A DNA stretch of 64,000 nucleotides from a virus (taxonomy: Duplodnaviria; Caudoviricetes): the IMG/VR virus record IMGVR_UViG_2773857766_000003, positions 1 to 64,000 of that record; one strand, given 5' to 3'. The notes under the pieces were generated by a model that saw only the letters and a program-made list of their open reading frames with translations, had not been told where the DNA came from and ran no database searches. Each line of letters starts with the position of its first letter. Position 1 is the stretch's first letter. The position numbers and the translations under genes were made by a program. This document shows positions 55,494 to 64,000 of the stretch, one piece after another.

Positions 55494-56182
55494 CGGATGG
55501 ACCTTTCAATGGCGGCGGCCAGCAGCACCGCCAATCTGTCGCTGGCCGCCTGTGTGCGGTGCACGTTGTCGATTACGTCCACGGGGCCGCGGTAGTCCTC
55601 GCCCCACCCTGCGTGTTGCAGCCCCAGCTCCGCCGCCAGGGCGAGAGTCACTGCGTTGAGTTCGGCCCGGCGCGCGACGCGCTCGGGGGTGAAGAGGTCG
55701 GCCACCGGGAGGTCCACGATGCCGGCCAACACCGGTAGTCGGCCCTCCGCGCGCACGATCCGTATGGCCTCCCGCAGGTCCGCGCCGTACTGGGCCGGCG
55801 TGCGCATCTCCAGTGCGTCGTTGAGCCCGGCGGCCAGTACCACCACGCGAGCGGAGCGAGAGACCTGCGCAAACGGCGGCTGCGGGCCGCGCGGGTACGC
55901 GTCTGCCGGAGCGCCTGGCCAGGGCGCCGAATAGCCGGCGATGAGGTCCGCCAGCACCAGGCCCGACGCGCTGCGGTCATCGATCGCCCAGGCCGGGCGC
56001 AACGCCCGGAGGGTGGCCGGCATCGGCGTGGAGATCCCAGGGCCTCGCGCGATGCTGTCCCCGAAGATTTCGATCGATAGGGGCGTGGAACCCCCACCGC
56101 CACCACCGCCGCAGCCCACGAGAAGCCCCAACACCATCGCGAAGACGGCAGGCAGAAGGAAGAGGTATTGAAGCCAGTTCAT
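55490..56182 (-). CDS. SGNH/GDSL hydrolase lipoprotein
   Basis: Lipobox LVGC, GDS, GLND, DNVH blocks. Confidence 0.8.
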   Translation of the reverse strand: MNWLQYLFLLPAVFAMVLGLLVGCGGGGGGGSTPLSIEIFGDSIARGPGISTPMPATLRALRPAWAIDDRSASGLVLADLIAGYSAPWPGAPADAYPRGPQPPFAQVSRSARVVVLAAGLNDALEMRTPAQYGADLREAIRIVRAEGRLPVLAGIVDLPVADLFTPERVARRAELNAVTLALAAELGLQHAGWGEDYRGPVDVIDNVHRTQAASDRLAVLLAAAIERSIR

Positions 56183-58518
56183 GCAGTTTTCTCCTGAGGC
56201 GCCGCCTCGAATGCGGCCAGCCGTTCGTCCATGGCTTGCAGCCGCTCCTTGCTCGCCGCCTGGATCTCGGCGACACGCTCGCGCGAATCGGCTTCGATCC
56301 GGGCAACCTGCATGCGCACGTCGCCGTCAGCCTTGATCTGCAGGGTTTTGTTGGCCAGGTCGGCCTGCGCCTTGGCGAGCTGGCGGCGCACGTTTTCCAG
56401 CTCCAGGTCCGCATCGCGGCGGACCGTGGCGGCCACGCCCTCCAGTTGCTGCGCCTGGGCTCCATCCCCGCCAGCACGCAGCTGCTCGGCCTCTGCTTCC
56501 ATCTTCTGGGCGCGGGCGTTGACCTCGCGGACGCGTGCCAACTGCTCGTCCAGCGCCGCACGCGCCGTGGCCTGCTGCATCTGCAGCGCCTCCGCCTGGG
56601 CCTGCATCTGCTGCTGCATTTGCTGCTGCTCCTCGGGCGTGAGGGGCTTATTCGGGTCGCGCTCGCCGGTCAGCTTGCGCATTTCGGCAGCCATCTGCTC
56701 GTGGTTGGGCAGGTCCGAGTAGTCCATGGCCAGCGTCATCAGGCGCATGGCCGTCGCGGGATCCATGCGGCCGGCCAAGTTCACCATGGACTCGTACATC
56801 ACCTGGCGCAGCGTGCCGGCATAGTCCTGTTCGGACACCACGAAATCCGCAACGCTGGCCGTGATGTCGTTCAGGTAGCGCACCGAACCGTCGGCCTGCT
56901 GCTCGGGCTGATTGATCTTCACCCAGTCGAGCTTTCCCTTGTGGCCGGACAGCCGGATGACCTTCTCTTCCGTGTACCACTGCTCGATGAGAGACAGCAG
57001 CTTCTCGCCTTGGGTCTGGGTCGCGAACCGCAAGTTGTCGAAGGGCTGGGTCGTGACCACGCTTCCCTGCATCTGCCGGGCCTTGATCGCCTCGCCGCTG
57101 CTTGCGTTGGTCTGCCGGCCCAGGTTCTCGTTTGAGATGCCCGCGTTGCGCTGGATGGCCTGGGCGTCCATGGTCATCATCTGCACCTGTCCCGCCGCCA
57201 TCTCGGAGTCCCGGTGGACCTCCAGCTTCTTCCCCGCCTTGTAGAGGATCACGCCGTCCGGCTGGTTTGCCTCCTCGCGCGTCTCATTGATGTCGTCCAC
57301 CGCGCCGTGCTCGGCAAAAATCTGGTTCGTGCTCAGAGCGAACAGCGCCTTGCTCGCGCGCTTGTTCAGGTCGGCCTGCAGATCCCGCACGCGGCGGATC
57401 ACGCCGTAAGGCTGCCGGTCTCGGCCGCGGCGGTAGCACCAGATCGGGGTCAGGCTGAAACTGTTGTGCCGCATTGGCATCGGGCCCAGCGCTAGGAGGT
57501 GGCCTTCCGTGAAGACGGCGATGTGCATCCGCATCAGCACGCGGTCCACGACGGAGCCCCCGAATGCGGCCACCACCGCCTGCAGGGCGTTGTCCCAGGG
57601 TTCTACGATCGAGCCCTTGAACGGGCCGGTGACCACCACGCGCGCCTGCACGGGCATGCGGAACTGGCATTCGATCAGCCGCACCCTGCGGCGCGGCTCA
57701 CTGTCCGCCGAGCTTTGCCCGCTGGCCATGTAGCTGCCGCTGCGCGTCGAGCCCGCATAGCCCTGGTAGTTGAATTCGTCTTCCGCCCACTGCTGGGCGT
57801 TGTAGTCGCGGTCATGCTGCACGGCCCGGCGCACCACGTCTGCCCGCTCCGGGTACATGGCCGCGGCCACATCGTCATCCACCCATCGCGTGCGGAAGAC
57901 GTAGCGGGCATCGCTCAGGTCCATCTCGATGGCCATGGAGTCCCACAGCACGTTCCGCCAGTCCTCGTACTTGTCGTAAATGATGTCCTTGGTCGGGTCG
58001 TTGCGCACGCCGGAATCGACCCAGCCGATACCGACTTTCACAGCGTCCTCGAAGGCGCGCGAGCGGTTGAAGGCGGACCGGTTCACGTCGGTGACGTACT
58101 TCATCACCTTGGTCTTCACGTCGGCCATCTGCACGTCGTCCTCGGTGCGCGGCAGGACGCTCCAGTCCACGCGCGACCGGCGCTCCGTGCCGATCATCCA
58201 GTCCGCCATCGGCGCCACTTCGTTGAACACCAGGGGCACCTGGCCGCGCTCCTCCAGCACCGCCGCGTCGGCGGGGTCCCACTGGTCGCCGTCGTACATA
58301 TCGGCGTCGATCGCCATGTCCATGCGGTTCACGGCCTGAATGTCGCGCTCGCGGTAGTACCAGCCCAGGCACTTCTTCAGGGTCGCCCGCGCTTCCGGCC
58401 CGTCCAGCGGATGCGGCTCTTTCCCGTCCTCGTCCTGGTCGAACTCCAGCGGCGCATCGTTCAGGATGTGCTCGCCCACCCCCGTGCGGCGATGGACGCG
58501 CACCTCAAGAGCGGACAT
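56179..58518 (-). CDS. Portal protein (P22-like)
   Basis: YDGDQW, SGEAIKARQ, Gln-rich C-terminal barrel; follows TerL. Confidence 0.9.
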   Translation of the reverse strand: MSALEVRVHRRTGVGEHILNDAPLEFDQDEDGKEPHPLDGPEARATLKKCLGWYYRERDIQAVNRMDMAIDADMYDGDQWDPADAAVLEERGQVPLVFNEVAPMADWMIGTERRSRVDWSVLPRTEDDVQMADVKTKVMKYVTDVNRSAFNRSRAFEDAVKVGIGWVDSGVRNDPTKDIIYDKYEDWRNVLWDSMAIEMDLSDARYVFRTRWVDDDVAAAMYPERADVVRRAVQHDRDYNAQQWAEDEFNYQGYAGSTRSGSYMASGQSSADSEPRRRVRLIECQFRMPVQARVVVTGPFKGSIVEPWDNALQAVVAAFGGSVVDRVLMRMHIAVFTEGHLLALGPMPMRHNSFSLTPIWCYRRGRDRQPYGVIRRVRDLQADLNKRASKALFALSTNQIFAEHGAVDDINETREEANQPDGVILYKAGKKLEVHRDSEMAAGQVQMMTMDAQAIQRNAGISNENLGRQTNASSGEAIKARQMQGSVVTTQPFDNLRFATQTQGEKLLSLIEQWYTEEKVIRLSGHKGKLDWVKINQPEQQADGSVRYLNDITASVADFVVSEQDYAGTLRQVMYESMVNLAGRMDPATAMRLMTLAMDYSDLPNHEQMAAEMRKLTGERDPNKPLTPEEQQQMQQQMQAQAEALQMQQATARAALDEQLARVREVNARAQKMEAEAEQLRAGGDGAQAQQLEGVAATVRRDADLELENVRRQLAKAQADLANKTLQIKADGDVRMQVARIEADSRERVAEIQAASKERLQAMDERLAAFEAAPQEKTA

Positions 58519-58927
58519 ATTCCGCCCCCTTGTCCTCGATCACCACAGCCTCGGACGCGATCTCCTTGCCGTCGAGCTTCGCGATCAGCGTGCCTATTTC
58601 CTGGCCCGCGCGCTCCCAAGCTGGCTCACTGGGCATGGTGATGAGGTCCGGCAGCCCCTCATTGATGATGGTGGCCACCCGCACCCAGTTGGGACGGGAG
58701 GGTTCCAGCCCCAGGACTTCGCAGGCCACCCGGCACTGCCGCGCCAGGTACTCGGGGATGTCGTAGAGGTAGGCTGCGCTGTCCATCACCACGTACCAGG
58801 GGGCACGGGCGCGCAGGTGAGGAATCAGGACCATGGCGCGCTCGCCGTTGATCCAGGTGTAGATCGCCATCAGGTCGCCGTGCTGGCGGTGCAGGTGCGC
58901 TTTGCGCAGGTCGATACATGCAGGCAT
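58505..58927 (-). CDS. Conserved phage hypothetical protein between TerL and portal
   Basis: ATG at 58927 sits 7 nt after the promoter -10 element. Confidence 0.7.
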   Translation of the reverse strand: MPACIDLRKAHLHRQHGDLMAIYTWINGERAMVLIPHLRARAPWYVVMDSAAYLYDIPEYLARQCRVACEVLGLEPSRPNWVRVATIINEGLPDLITMPSEPAWERAGQEIGTLIAKLDGKEIASEAVVIEDKGAEYVRS

Positions 58928-59000
58928 GGCCGGCAAGATGGCAGGCTTGGTACGGGCTCGGGCCGGGAAATGGTCACCTCGCGGTCGGCCAGAAGCCAGC

Positions 59001-60584
59001 TCAGCGCGCCATCCCGCCCCCGCGCCGCTTGACTTTCCCCGCCCTGCTGTGGGCCGCGCCCACCAAGCCAGCGTCCTTCGCCTGGGCGTACTGGCGGAAG
59101 GCGTCGGCCCCTTCAGTGCACCCGTTCGACTTGTCCGGCTTGTTGATGTACTTGCCGTCCGCCCGGCTGAACCTTTTCTTGTATCCCTCCAGCCGGCTGA
59201 TGCCCTTTTTGCACCGCTCCTTATCCAGCACCACGGTCTTCATCCACTTCCGGGTCATGTAGATCCCGGTCATGAGGTCGGGGATCACGGGCAGCACCTC
59301 GAAGTCGTCATTCGGCAGCAGCTCCTCGAGCATGTCGCGGGTGGACTGGTTGCCGCGGCTGTTCAGGCGCTCCGCCGCGGCGTCGTGCGGCAGGAAGTGC
59401 GTGGCGTAGATGTAGGGCTTCTCCCGTAGCACCTGCACGTACTCCCGCAGGTCCAGCCCGTGGCCTTCCAGGTAGTCGATGAAGCGGTCTTGCCCGGCTA
59501 CCGTCTGCATGAACCAGATCGCCGTGCCGTCCGAGTTGCCGATGTCCCAGAAGGTGTAGACGGGGGAATCCGCCACGGGCACGGCCAGGATGCCGCCGCG
59601 CTTGCGCACGGCCGCCATGTCCTTGGCGTAGTAGTGGCCCTCGGTGCTGATCTGGAAGGCCTCCGCCGGCGTGGACGGGTATTCCTGCCACATCTTTTCC
59701 GCGGCACCGCTGAAGTCCGCGTCCCGCGTCGCCACGTACCAGGTGCGCTGCTCCTCATCGATGACGCACGACATGGCGCCTTCGATCTCGTCGAAATATT
59801 CGTGGTCATCATCCGTGAGGTCCACAGAGCCCACGGGCAGCCGGTACTTCGGTTCCTGCCACCACGCATAGAAGTGGAAGCGGTAGTCCTTGGGCGTCAG
59901 GTCTGCCTTCGACAGGTGCATGCCCTGGCTGCGCTGGGTCATCGCGTAGAAGGGCCCCTCCCGCCCCTCCGCCGTGGACTCGATCACCAGAACGCCATTC
60001 GTGGGCACGGCGGGGATGGAGCCCGTCACCACCTCCTGCGCCTTGTCGGGGTACTTCGCGCAAATCTTGCCGAACTCTGAGACGTGCAGCCGGTGGATGG
60101 TGCCGCCGCGCAGGGAGGTTGCCACGCGCACGCTGCTGTTGTTGTGGGCGAAAAGCAGTTCGCTCGCACTGTCGCGCGCCAGGGGGAACCGCTCGCGCAG
60201 CGCCTCCGGCAGGTTCTGGTAGGCGAACTTCACCTTGTCGCGGAAGATCGCCTCCGCCGCCTCCCGGTCCTGCGCCACAATCCCGCACCGCTGGTCATCG
60301 TTGAACAGGGCATGGTCGAGCCACATGATCGCAATCAGCGTAGTGAACCCCAGCTGCCGGGCCTTCAGGATCAGGTTGCGATGCCACAGCCTGGCGATGA
60401 ACCGGCGCTGGGCCCGGTTGGGTTTGAAGGGCAGCACGGCCGCGTCCTCGTCGCCGTCACCCTTCACCATGATCTTGTAGAGCACTCCACTGAAGAGGCG
60501 CCACTGCGGATCGGCCAGGCATTCGGCCAGCTCGGCGTCCGTTGCCGGCACGAAGTCGTGCGGGATGCTCTTGCGCTGGGCCAC
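59001..60584 (-). CDS. terL: Terminase large subunit
   Basis: ILKARQLGFTT, LHVSEFG, IESTAEG, WDIG..D, ADAFRQ. Confidence 0.95.
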   Translation of the reverse strand: MAQRKSIPHDFVPATDAELAECLADPQWRLFSGVLYKIMVKGDGDEDAAVLPFKPNRAQRRFIARLWHRNLILKARQLGFTTLIAIMWLDHALFNDDQRCGIVAQDREAAEAIFRDKVKFAYQNLPEALRERFPLARDSASELLFAHNNSSVRVATSLRGGTIHRLHVSEFGKICAKYPDKAQEVVTGSIPAVPTNGVLVIESTAEGREGPFYAMTQRSQGMHLSKADLTPKDYRFHFYAWWQEPKYRLPVGSVDLTDDDHEYFDEIEGAMSCVIDEEQRTWYVATRDADFSGAAEKMWQEYPSTPAEAFQISTEGHYYAKDMAAVRKRGGILAVPVADSPVYTFWDIGNSDGTAIWFMQTVAGQDRFIDYLEGHGLDLREYVQVLREKPYIYATHFLPHDAAAERLNSRGNQSTRDMLEELLPNDDFEVLPVIPDLMTGIYMTRKWMKTVVLDKERCKKGISRLEGYKKRFSRADGKYINKPDKSNGCTEGADAFRQYAQAKDAGLVGAAHSRAGKVKRRGGGMAR

Positions 60585-60586
60585 GG

Positions 60587-61255
60587 TCAGCCCTCGTCGT
60601 GCTCAGGATCGCGCGCCACGGGCTGGAAGGCGGACGCGCCGCTGCCGGTGATCGCCTTCAGCATCCGGGTCAGGCCATCGACCGGCGCCGCTTCCTTGTC
60701 GTTCATCCCGAAGGCCTGGCGCTCCATGTCCACCAGCTTCTGCAGGCTCTCGGCCAGCACCTTCATGGTCTTGGACCGCTCGGGCAGGCTGATCACCGCC
60801 TGATACACCTCGTTCAGGCGATCGCGTCCGGTCTTCTCGTCCGGGTTCTTCAGCAGCTCGCCCAGCTCCTCCAGCAGCACCAGGGTATCCGGGTCGGTCT
60901 GGCGTTCCAGCTCATCCAGCAGCGCGTTCGTCAGCCGGCGCGCACGGTGGATGTCGCGACGGTGCGCCAGCCGCACGTCGGCGACGGCGTGGGCGTTGGC
61001 ATCCACCACCGCCTGCTCTTTGATCCTGGTATCCGCGGATACCGGAGTGGATACCGCCGCCCTGGATACCAGGGCGTCCGCCTTGGCGTGGATCTTCTCG
61101 GACAGGTCGCGCTCCCATCCGTCCCGCTTCGCGCGCTTGTTGATGGCGCCGTGCGTGATGCCGTGCTCCTCCGCGATCTGGCGCAGGGTCTTGATGCCGG
61201 CCCGGTAGTCCAGCTCGATGCGCTCCCAGTCCGGCGCGGGCTTCGAATTGCTCAT
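60587..61255 (-). CDS. terS: Terminase small subunit
   Basis: PDWERIELDYRAG HTH; immediately upstream of terL. Confidence 0.8.
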   Translation of the reverse strand: MSNSKPAPDWERIELDYRAGIKTLRQIAEEHGITHGAINKRAKRDGWERDLSEKIHAKADALVSRAAVSTPVSADTRIKEQAVVDANAHAVADVRLAHRRDIHRARRLTNALLDELERQTDPDTLVLLEELGELLKNPDEKTGRDRLNEVYQAVISLPERSKTMKVLAESLQKLVDMERQAFGMNDKEAAPVDGLTRMLKAITGSGASAFQPVARDPEHDEG

Positions 61256-61436
61256 GAGCCGAAGCTGTCAGGCTTGGCACGGAGACAGAGCCGAAAAGGC
61301 AACCGCGGGCGCTGACAGTCGCGCAAGGAACCCCAACCCATCCGAGACTAAAGAAAAACTCCCTATAGCCAAAAAAGTGCAGTAGAATCCACAAAACCAA
61401 CTATCCAACCTTTAAACCATATAAGGATGACCTAAC

Positions 61437-61742
61437 ATGAGCCTTACGATGCACCAACTTGACGATTTCATTGATACGACCATCAATCGGATGTCTGGCG
61501 AGAGCGGTGTTAAGACCGGCCGTTTCTATGTTGAACTCCGTTCTCTCCAGCAGCGCGTCACCCAGAATTTGGTGGACCAGTGCATTGCTCTGTGCGCTCG
61601 CCGCGGCCTTCAAGCTGAACGCGACGGCGACGGCCTGATTGTCCACGTCAATTTGGACACCTGCGCCTTGAACCCGCAGCAGTCGGCAGCCTACAACGTG
61701 GCTCTTAATTACACGCGACGCATTCACGGCAACTTCATTTGA
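61437..61742 (+). CDS. Hypothetical moron protein (antisense, lower GC)
   Basis: AT-rich upstream region with TAGAAT, AAGGA RBS, own terminator. Confidence 0.7.
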   Translation: MSLTMHQLDDFIDTTINRMSGESGVKTGRFYVELRSLQQRVTQNLVDQCIALCARRGLQAERDGDGLIVHVNLDTCALNPQQSAAYNVALNYTRRIHGNFI

Positions 61743-61800
61743 AATGTCTTGCCAGCGGTATCTTCTTCACTATTTTTGAACGGAGTGGTTGGCACCGCGC

Positions 61801-62403
61801 CTACGCCCTATACCAGCCCGCCTGTGCGGGCTTTTTCGCGCCCTCCTGCCGCCGTACTCGCGCGAGCACCTGCGCTAACTGCCGGGCGATCTCCATTCCC
61901 AGCCGCCTTTCCAGCCAATCGGTTGGCGCGCGGTAGAGGGCGTCTTCGGAAATGGCGTAAACCACATCCCCGCCGTCCAGCGTCACACGCATGTGAATCT
62001 GGGAATCGAGGTCTCGCGAGCCGGGCGGGCGGCTCTCGAGGTCCACCAGCAGCGTGCACATGCGTTGGACCTTCAGCGTAGCGTCTTCCTTGGCGACGTT
62101 CGCTGTGATGTCGTCCACATCCATCCGCATCTGCGGCCCCGGCCGCGGCACGGCCTCGAAGTCACCGCCAGCTCGGCCGAAGGGATGCCGGCCCGCATGT
62201 TTCGGCGGCAGGGCGATGGAGGTGCCCAGCATCTCGCGCGCCTCGTCCAGCACGTCCTCGAGGGCGTGCACCTCCTGCCGCATCTTTTCGGCGCGGCTGG
62301 CCTGGCCGCGCGCCGCTTCAAGGCGGGTTTCCGCCAGCTGCTGCGCCGCCTGCAGGGCCTCTCGGGCCCGGCGCCGCTGGTTGCGGCCGAATCTCTGTGC
62401 CAT
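61801..62403 (-). CDS. Phage hypothetical protein
   Basis: RFGRNQRRRAR N-terminus; AAGGA RBS. Confidence 0.7.
   Translation of the reverse strand: MAQRFGRNQRRRAREALQAAQQLAETRLEAARGQASRAEKMRQEVHALEDVLDEAREMLGTSIALPPKHAGRHPFGRAGGDFEAVPRPGPQMRMDVDDITANVAKEDATLKVQRMCTLLVDLESRPPGSRDLDSQIHMRVTLDGGDVVYAISEDALYRAPTDWLERRLGMEIARQLAQVLARVRRQEGAKKPAQAGWYRA
61815..61836 (+). terminator. Rho-independent terminator
   Basis: AGCCCGC-CTGT-GCGGGCT-TTTT. Confidence 0.7.
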
Positions 62404-62406
62404 CGC

Positions 62407-62724
62407 TCAATTTCCTTTCAACTTGTAGCGCGCCACAGGCTTGCGCCCGGGCAGTTCGGCCGTCTCGGCCAGGATGAAGCCCTGCCCCGCCAGGTACTGC
62501 AGGGCCCAATCCACCTCTCCCTTGGAGCGGCCCAGGGCCAGCACCAGTTCGACGTGAAAGAACCAGCGGAGGGGATGCAGGCGGAGGAAGCGCAGCAGCA
62601 CGTCCGTCCCGCTGCCCGGACGGATCACGCCGGCCGGCCGAGGGTTCGTGTGCTGCGGACGCGGGGGTTCCTGGCGGGCACCAATCTGGGCCGCCAGCCA
62701 ATCCATGGGGTCATTCATCGTCAT
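62407..62724 (-). CDS. Small winged-helix-like protein (candidate late regulator)
   Basis: ELVLALGRSKGEVDWALQYLAGQGFI HTH-like pattern. Confidence 0.55.
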   Translation of the reverse strand: MTMNDPMDWLAAQIGARQEPPRPQHTNPRPAGVIRPGSGTDVLLRFLRLHPLRWFFHVELVLALGRSKGEVDWALQYLAGQGFILAETAELPGRKPVARYKLKGN

Positions 62725-63218
62725 CAGGAAGGAAGGTCCACGAAAACAGGCGTCCGCAGGGACTTCGGCCAAAGCCCCAGCGCCCAAATCTGCCGTTGGG
62801 TGTCCGCTACCCAGGCGCGTTCGATCTCACGGCGAGCCAGCTTCGTGAACAAAGCCCCCTGATCGAACAGCGCATGGCAACCGCGCACGCCGGGCCGGTC
62901 CATGCAGAGAGGGAAGCTCTCGAGGTCGCACACCTTGAGCGATGCGCCCTTGCCCGTGTTCGCGTGCGCACACTGGCTCAGCCCGGGCACGCCACAGAAC
63001 TTGCAGGGCAGCTGGGCCACCAGGTGCCGGTAGAGGCGGCTGCGCACGAACACAGTCTTGGGCACCGCGAGCGCTGGCGAACCACACGGCGCGTGCACCG
63101 CCGCCCGTGGCGTCACCTCCGCCATGGCGCGCGCAGCGCGGGCGGCCAGGCGCACCTCGCGATCAGGTGCCGGAGCGGCCGGCCGGGGCGCGCGGCGAAA
63201 CCCAGTGCGGCGCATCAC
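62724..63218 (-). CDS. Zn-binding HNH-like (nin-region) nuclease family protein
   Basis: CKFCG..CAHAN..FPLC..GCHALFD. Confidence 0.7.
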   Translation of the reverse strand: MMRRTGFRRAPRPAAPAPDREVRLAARAARAMAEVTPRAAVHAPCGSPALAVPKTVFVRSRLYRHLVAQLPCKFCGVPGLSQCAHANTGKGASLKVCDLESFPLCMDRPGVRGCHALFDQGALFTKLARREIERAWVADTQRQIWALGLWPKSLRTPVFVDLPS

Positions 63219-63478
63219 GCTGCACCTCCGCCGCCCTGCTCTGCCGCCTTGAGCCGTTCCAGCTCCTTTCGCGCGCGCTCCACCAGGTTGGCGTTGATCT
63301 GCCGCTGGAAGCGGATGACGCAGCTGGCCAGGTACTTCGACTGGGCGGGCGTGAGCTGCTTGCCGCGCCGCGTCTGGGAGAACCAGACCATCGAATCCAC
63401 GAACTTCAAGCAGCTGCAGCGCGGCGGGAACTTGACGCGGGCCAGCGCGGTTGTGAAGGTCAGCTCCGTGTCGGTCAT
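63215..63478 (-). CDS. Hypothetical protein
   Basis: ATGA-coupled; MTDTELTF. Confidence 0.6.
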   Translation of the reverse strand: MTDTELTFTTALARVKFPPRCSCLKFVDSMVWFSQTRRGKQLTPAQSKYLASCVIRFQRQINANLVERARKELERLKAAEQGGGGAA

Positions 63479-63939
63479 CGAGCAGCCCCCGAGGCGGCCG
63501 CGATGCGCTGCCGAGGCAACCGTGGCCGCGGGGGACGGCACGCCGCGAAGTAGACGTAGGCCACCAGCCCCACGCCGCTGACGACGCTGAACAGCATGTA
63601 CCGCCGGACCTCCAAGCCAGATGCGAGTAGCAGCACCAGCAACGTCAGGCGGACCAGCAGCAAGGCCAGAAGCCCCCAACGCAGGCCGCTCCTGGCCCCC
63701 ATGGCGGCGAGCACTACGGGTTCGCGCGCCACGAGGAACAGGACCACGATGCAGCCCAGAGAGAGCCCGACCAGCGCCAGGCCCACAGCTCCCCAATCCT
63801 GCTCCAGCGCAGCGCCAACCAGCGTCAGCACGGCCATCATGAGCGCGCACTGCTCGGAGAGCCATCCGGGGCTGCGCTGCACCCAGTCCACGACGTGCTG
63901 GTGCTGCGCCAACAGCCAGCGATCGAATTCACGCACCAT
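63475..63939 (-). CDS. Hypothetical multi-TM protein
   Basis: Four hydrophobic segments; YFAACRPPRPR. Confidence 0.65.
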   Translation of the reverse strand: MVREFDRWLLAQHQHVVDWVQRSPGWLSEQCALMMAVLTLVGAALEQDWGAVGLALVGLSLGCIVVLFLVAREPVVLAAMGARSGLRWGLLALLLVRLTLLVLLLASGLEVRRYMLFSVVSGVGLVAYVYFAACRPPRPRLPRQRIAAASGAAR

Positions 63940-64000
63940 TCGTCATACCTCCCAAGATTTCTCCGGTGTCCGGATCGACGTTCATCTGCTCCCACTGGTC

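Larger units (their letters stand above)
32634..61281 (-). promoter_or_regulatory. Eight dispersed copies of the late-promoter-like motif GTRCCAAGCCTGCCAnnnT
   Basis: + strand GGCAGGCTTGGYAC-like sequence starting at 32639, 37645, 43900, 47883, 51268, 53157, 58940, 61267, each just upstream of a minus-strand structural gene. Confidence 0.8.
21020..64000 (-). mobile_element. Podovirus-like tailed prophage (N4-gp56-type capsid, Bcep22-like gene content), continuing past the window end
   Basis: TerS, TerL, portal, scaffold, capsid, tail and ejection genes; no tape-measure or sheath gene recognised. Confidence 0.9.

Overview
The window is almost entirely prophage DNA in a high-GC host, probably a betaproteobacterium (inference). 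It has three parts. (1) 1-~1700: remnant of a tailed prophage, with a frameshifted scaffolding gene and a 5'-truncated low-GC membrane gene. (2) ~1703-21030: two related filamentous (inovirus-like) prophages lying tail-to-tail. Each has a repressor, Rep_trans initiator, SSB, coat proteins, pIII, pVI, Zot ATPase and a serine resolvase. Two identical-looking inverted 1308-bp IS3-family copies sit here, and the second forms the junction between the two phages. (3) ~21020-64000: morphogenesis and lysis arm of a podovirus-like prophage on the minus strand, starting at a tRNA-Ser 3' fragment (att). It carries TerS/TerL, portal, lysis genes, scaffold, an N4-gp56-type capsid, tail genes, ejection proteins and a ~3400-aa polyvalent protein. 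The most unusual observations are: an antisense lipoprotein moron whose C-terminal domain is a copy of a scaffolding-protein domain; an orphan ParA-like ATPase preceded by an exact 19-bp-period GCAGG array overlapping its promoter; a CsrA-like gene with an identical 22-nt GGA-loop hairpin in two structural-gene leaders; nine copies of a late-promoter-like motif, four positioned to give leaderless mRNAs; and a methyltransferase-PAPS reductase fusion among the ejection genes. All family assignments come from motif recognition by eye; no database searches were run.
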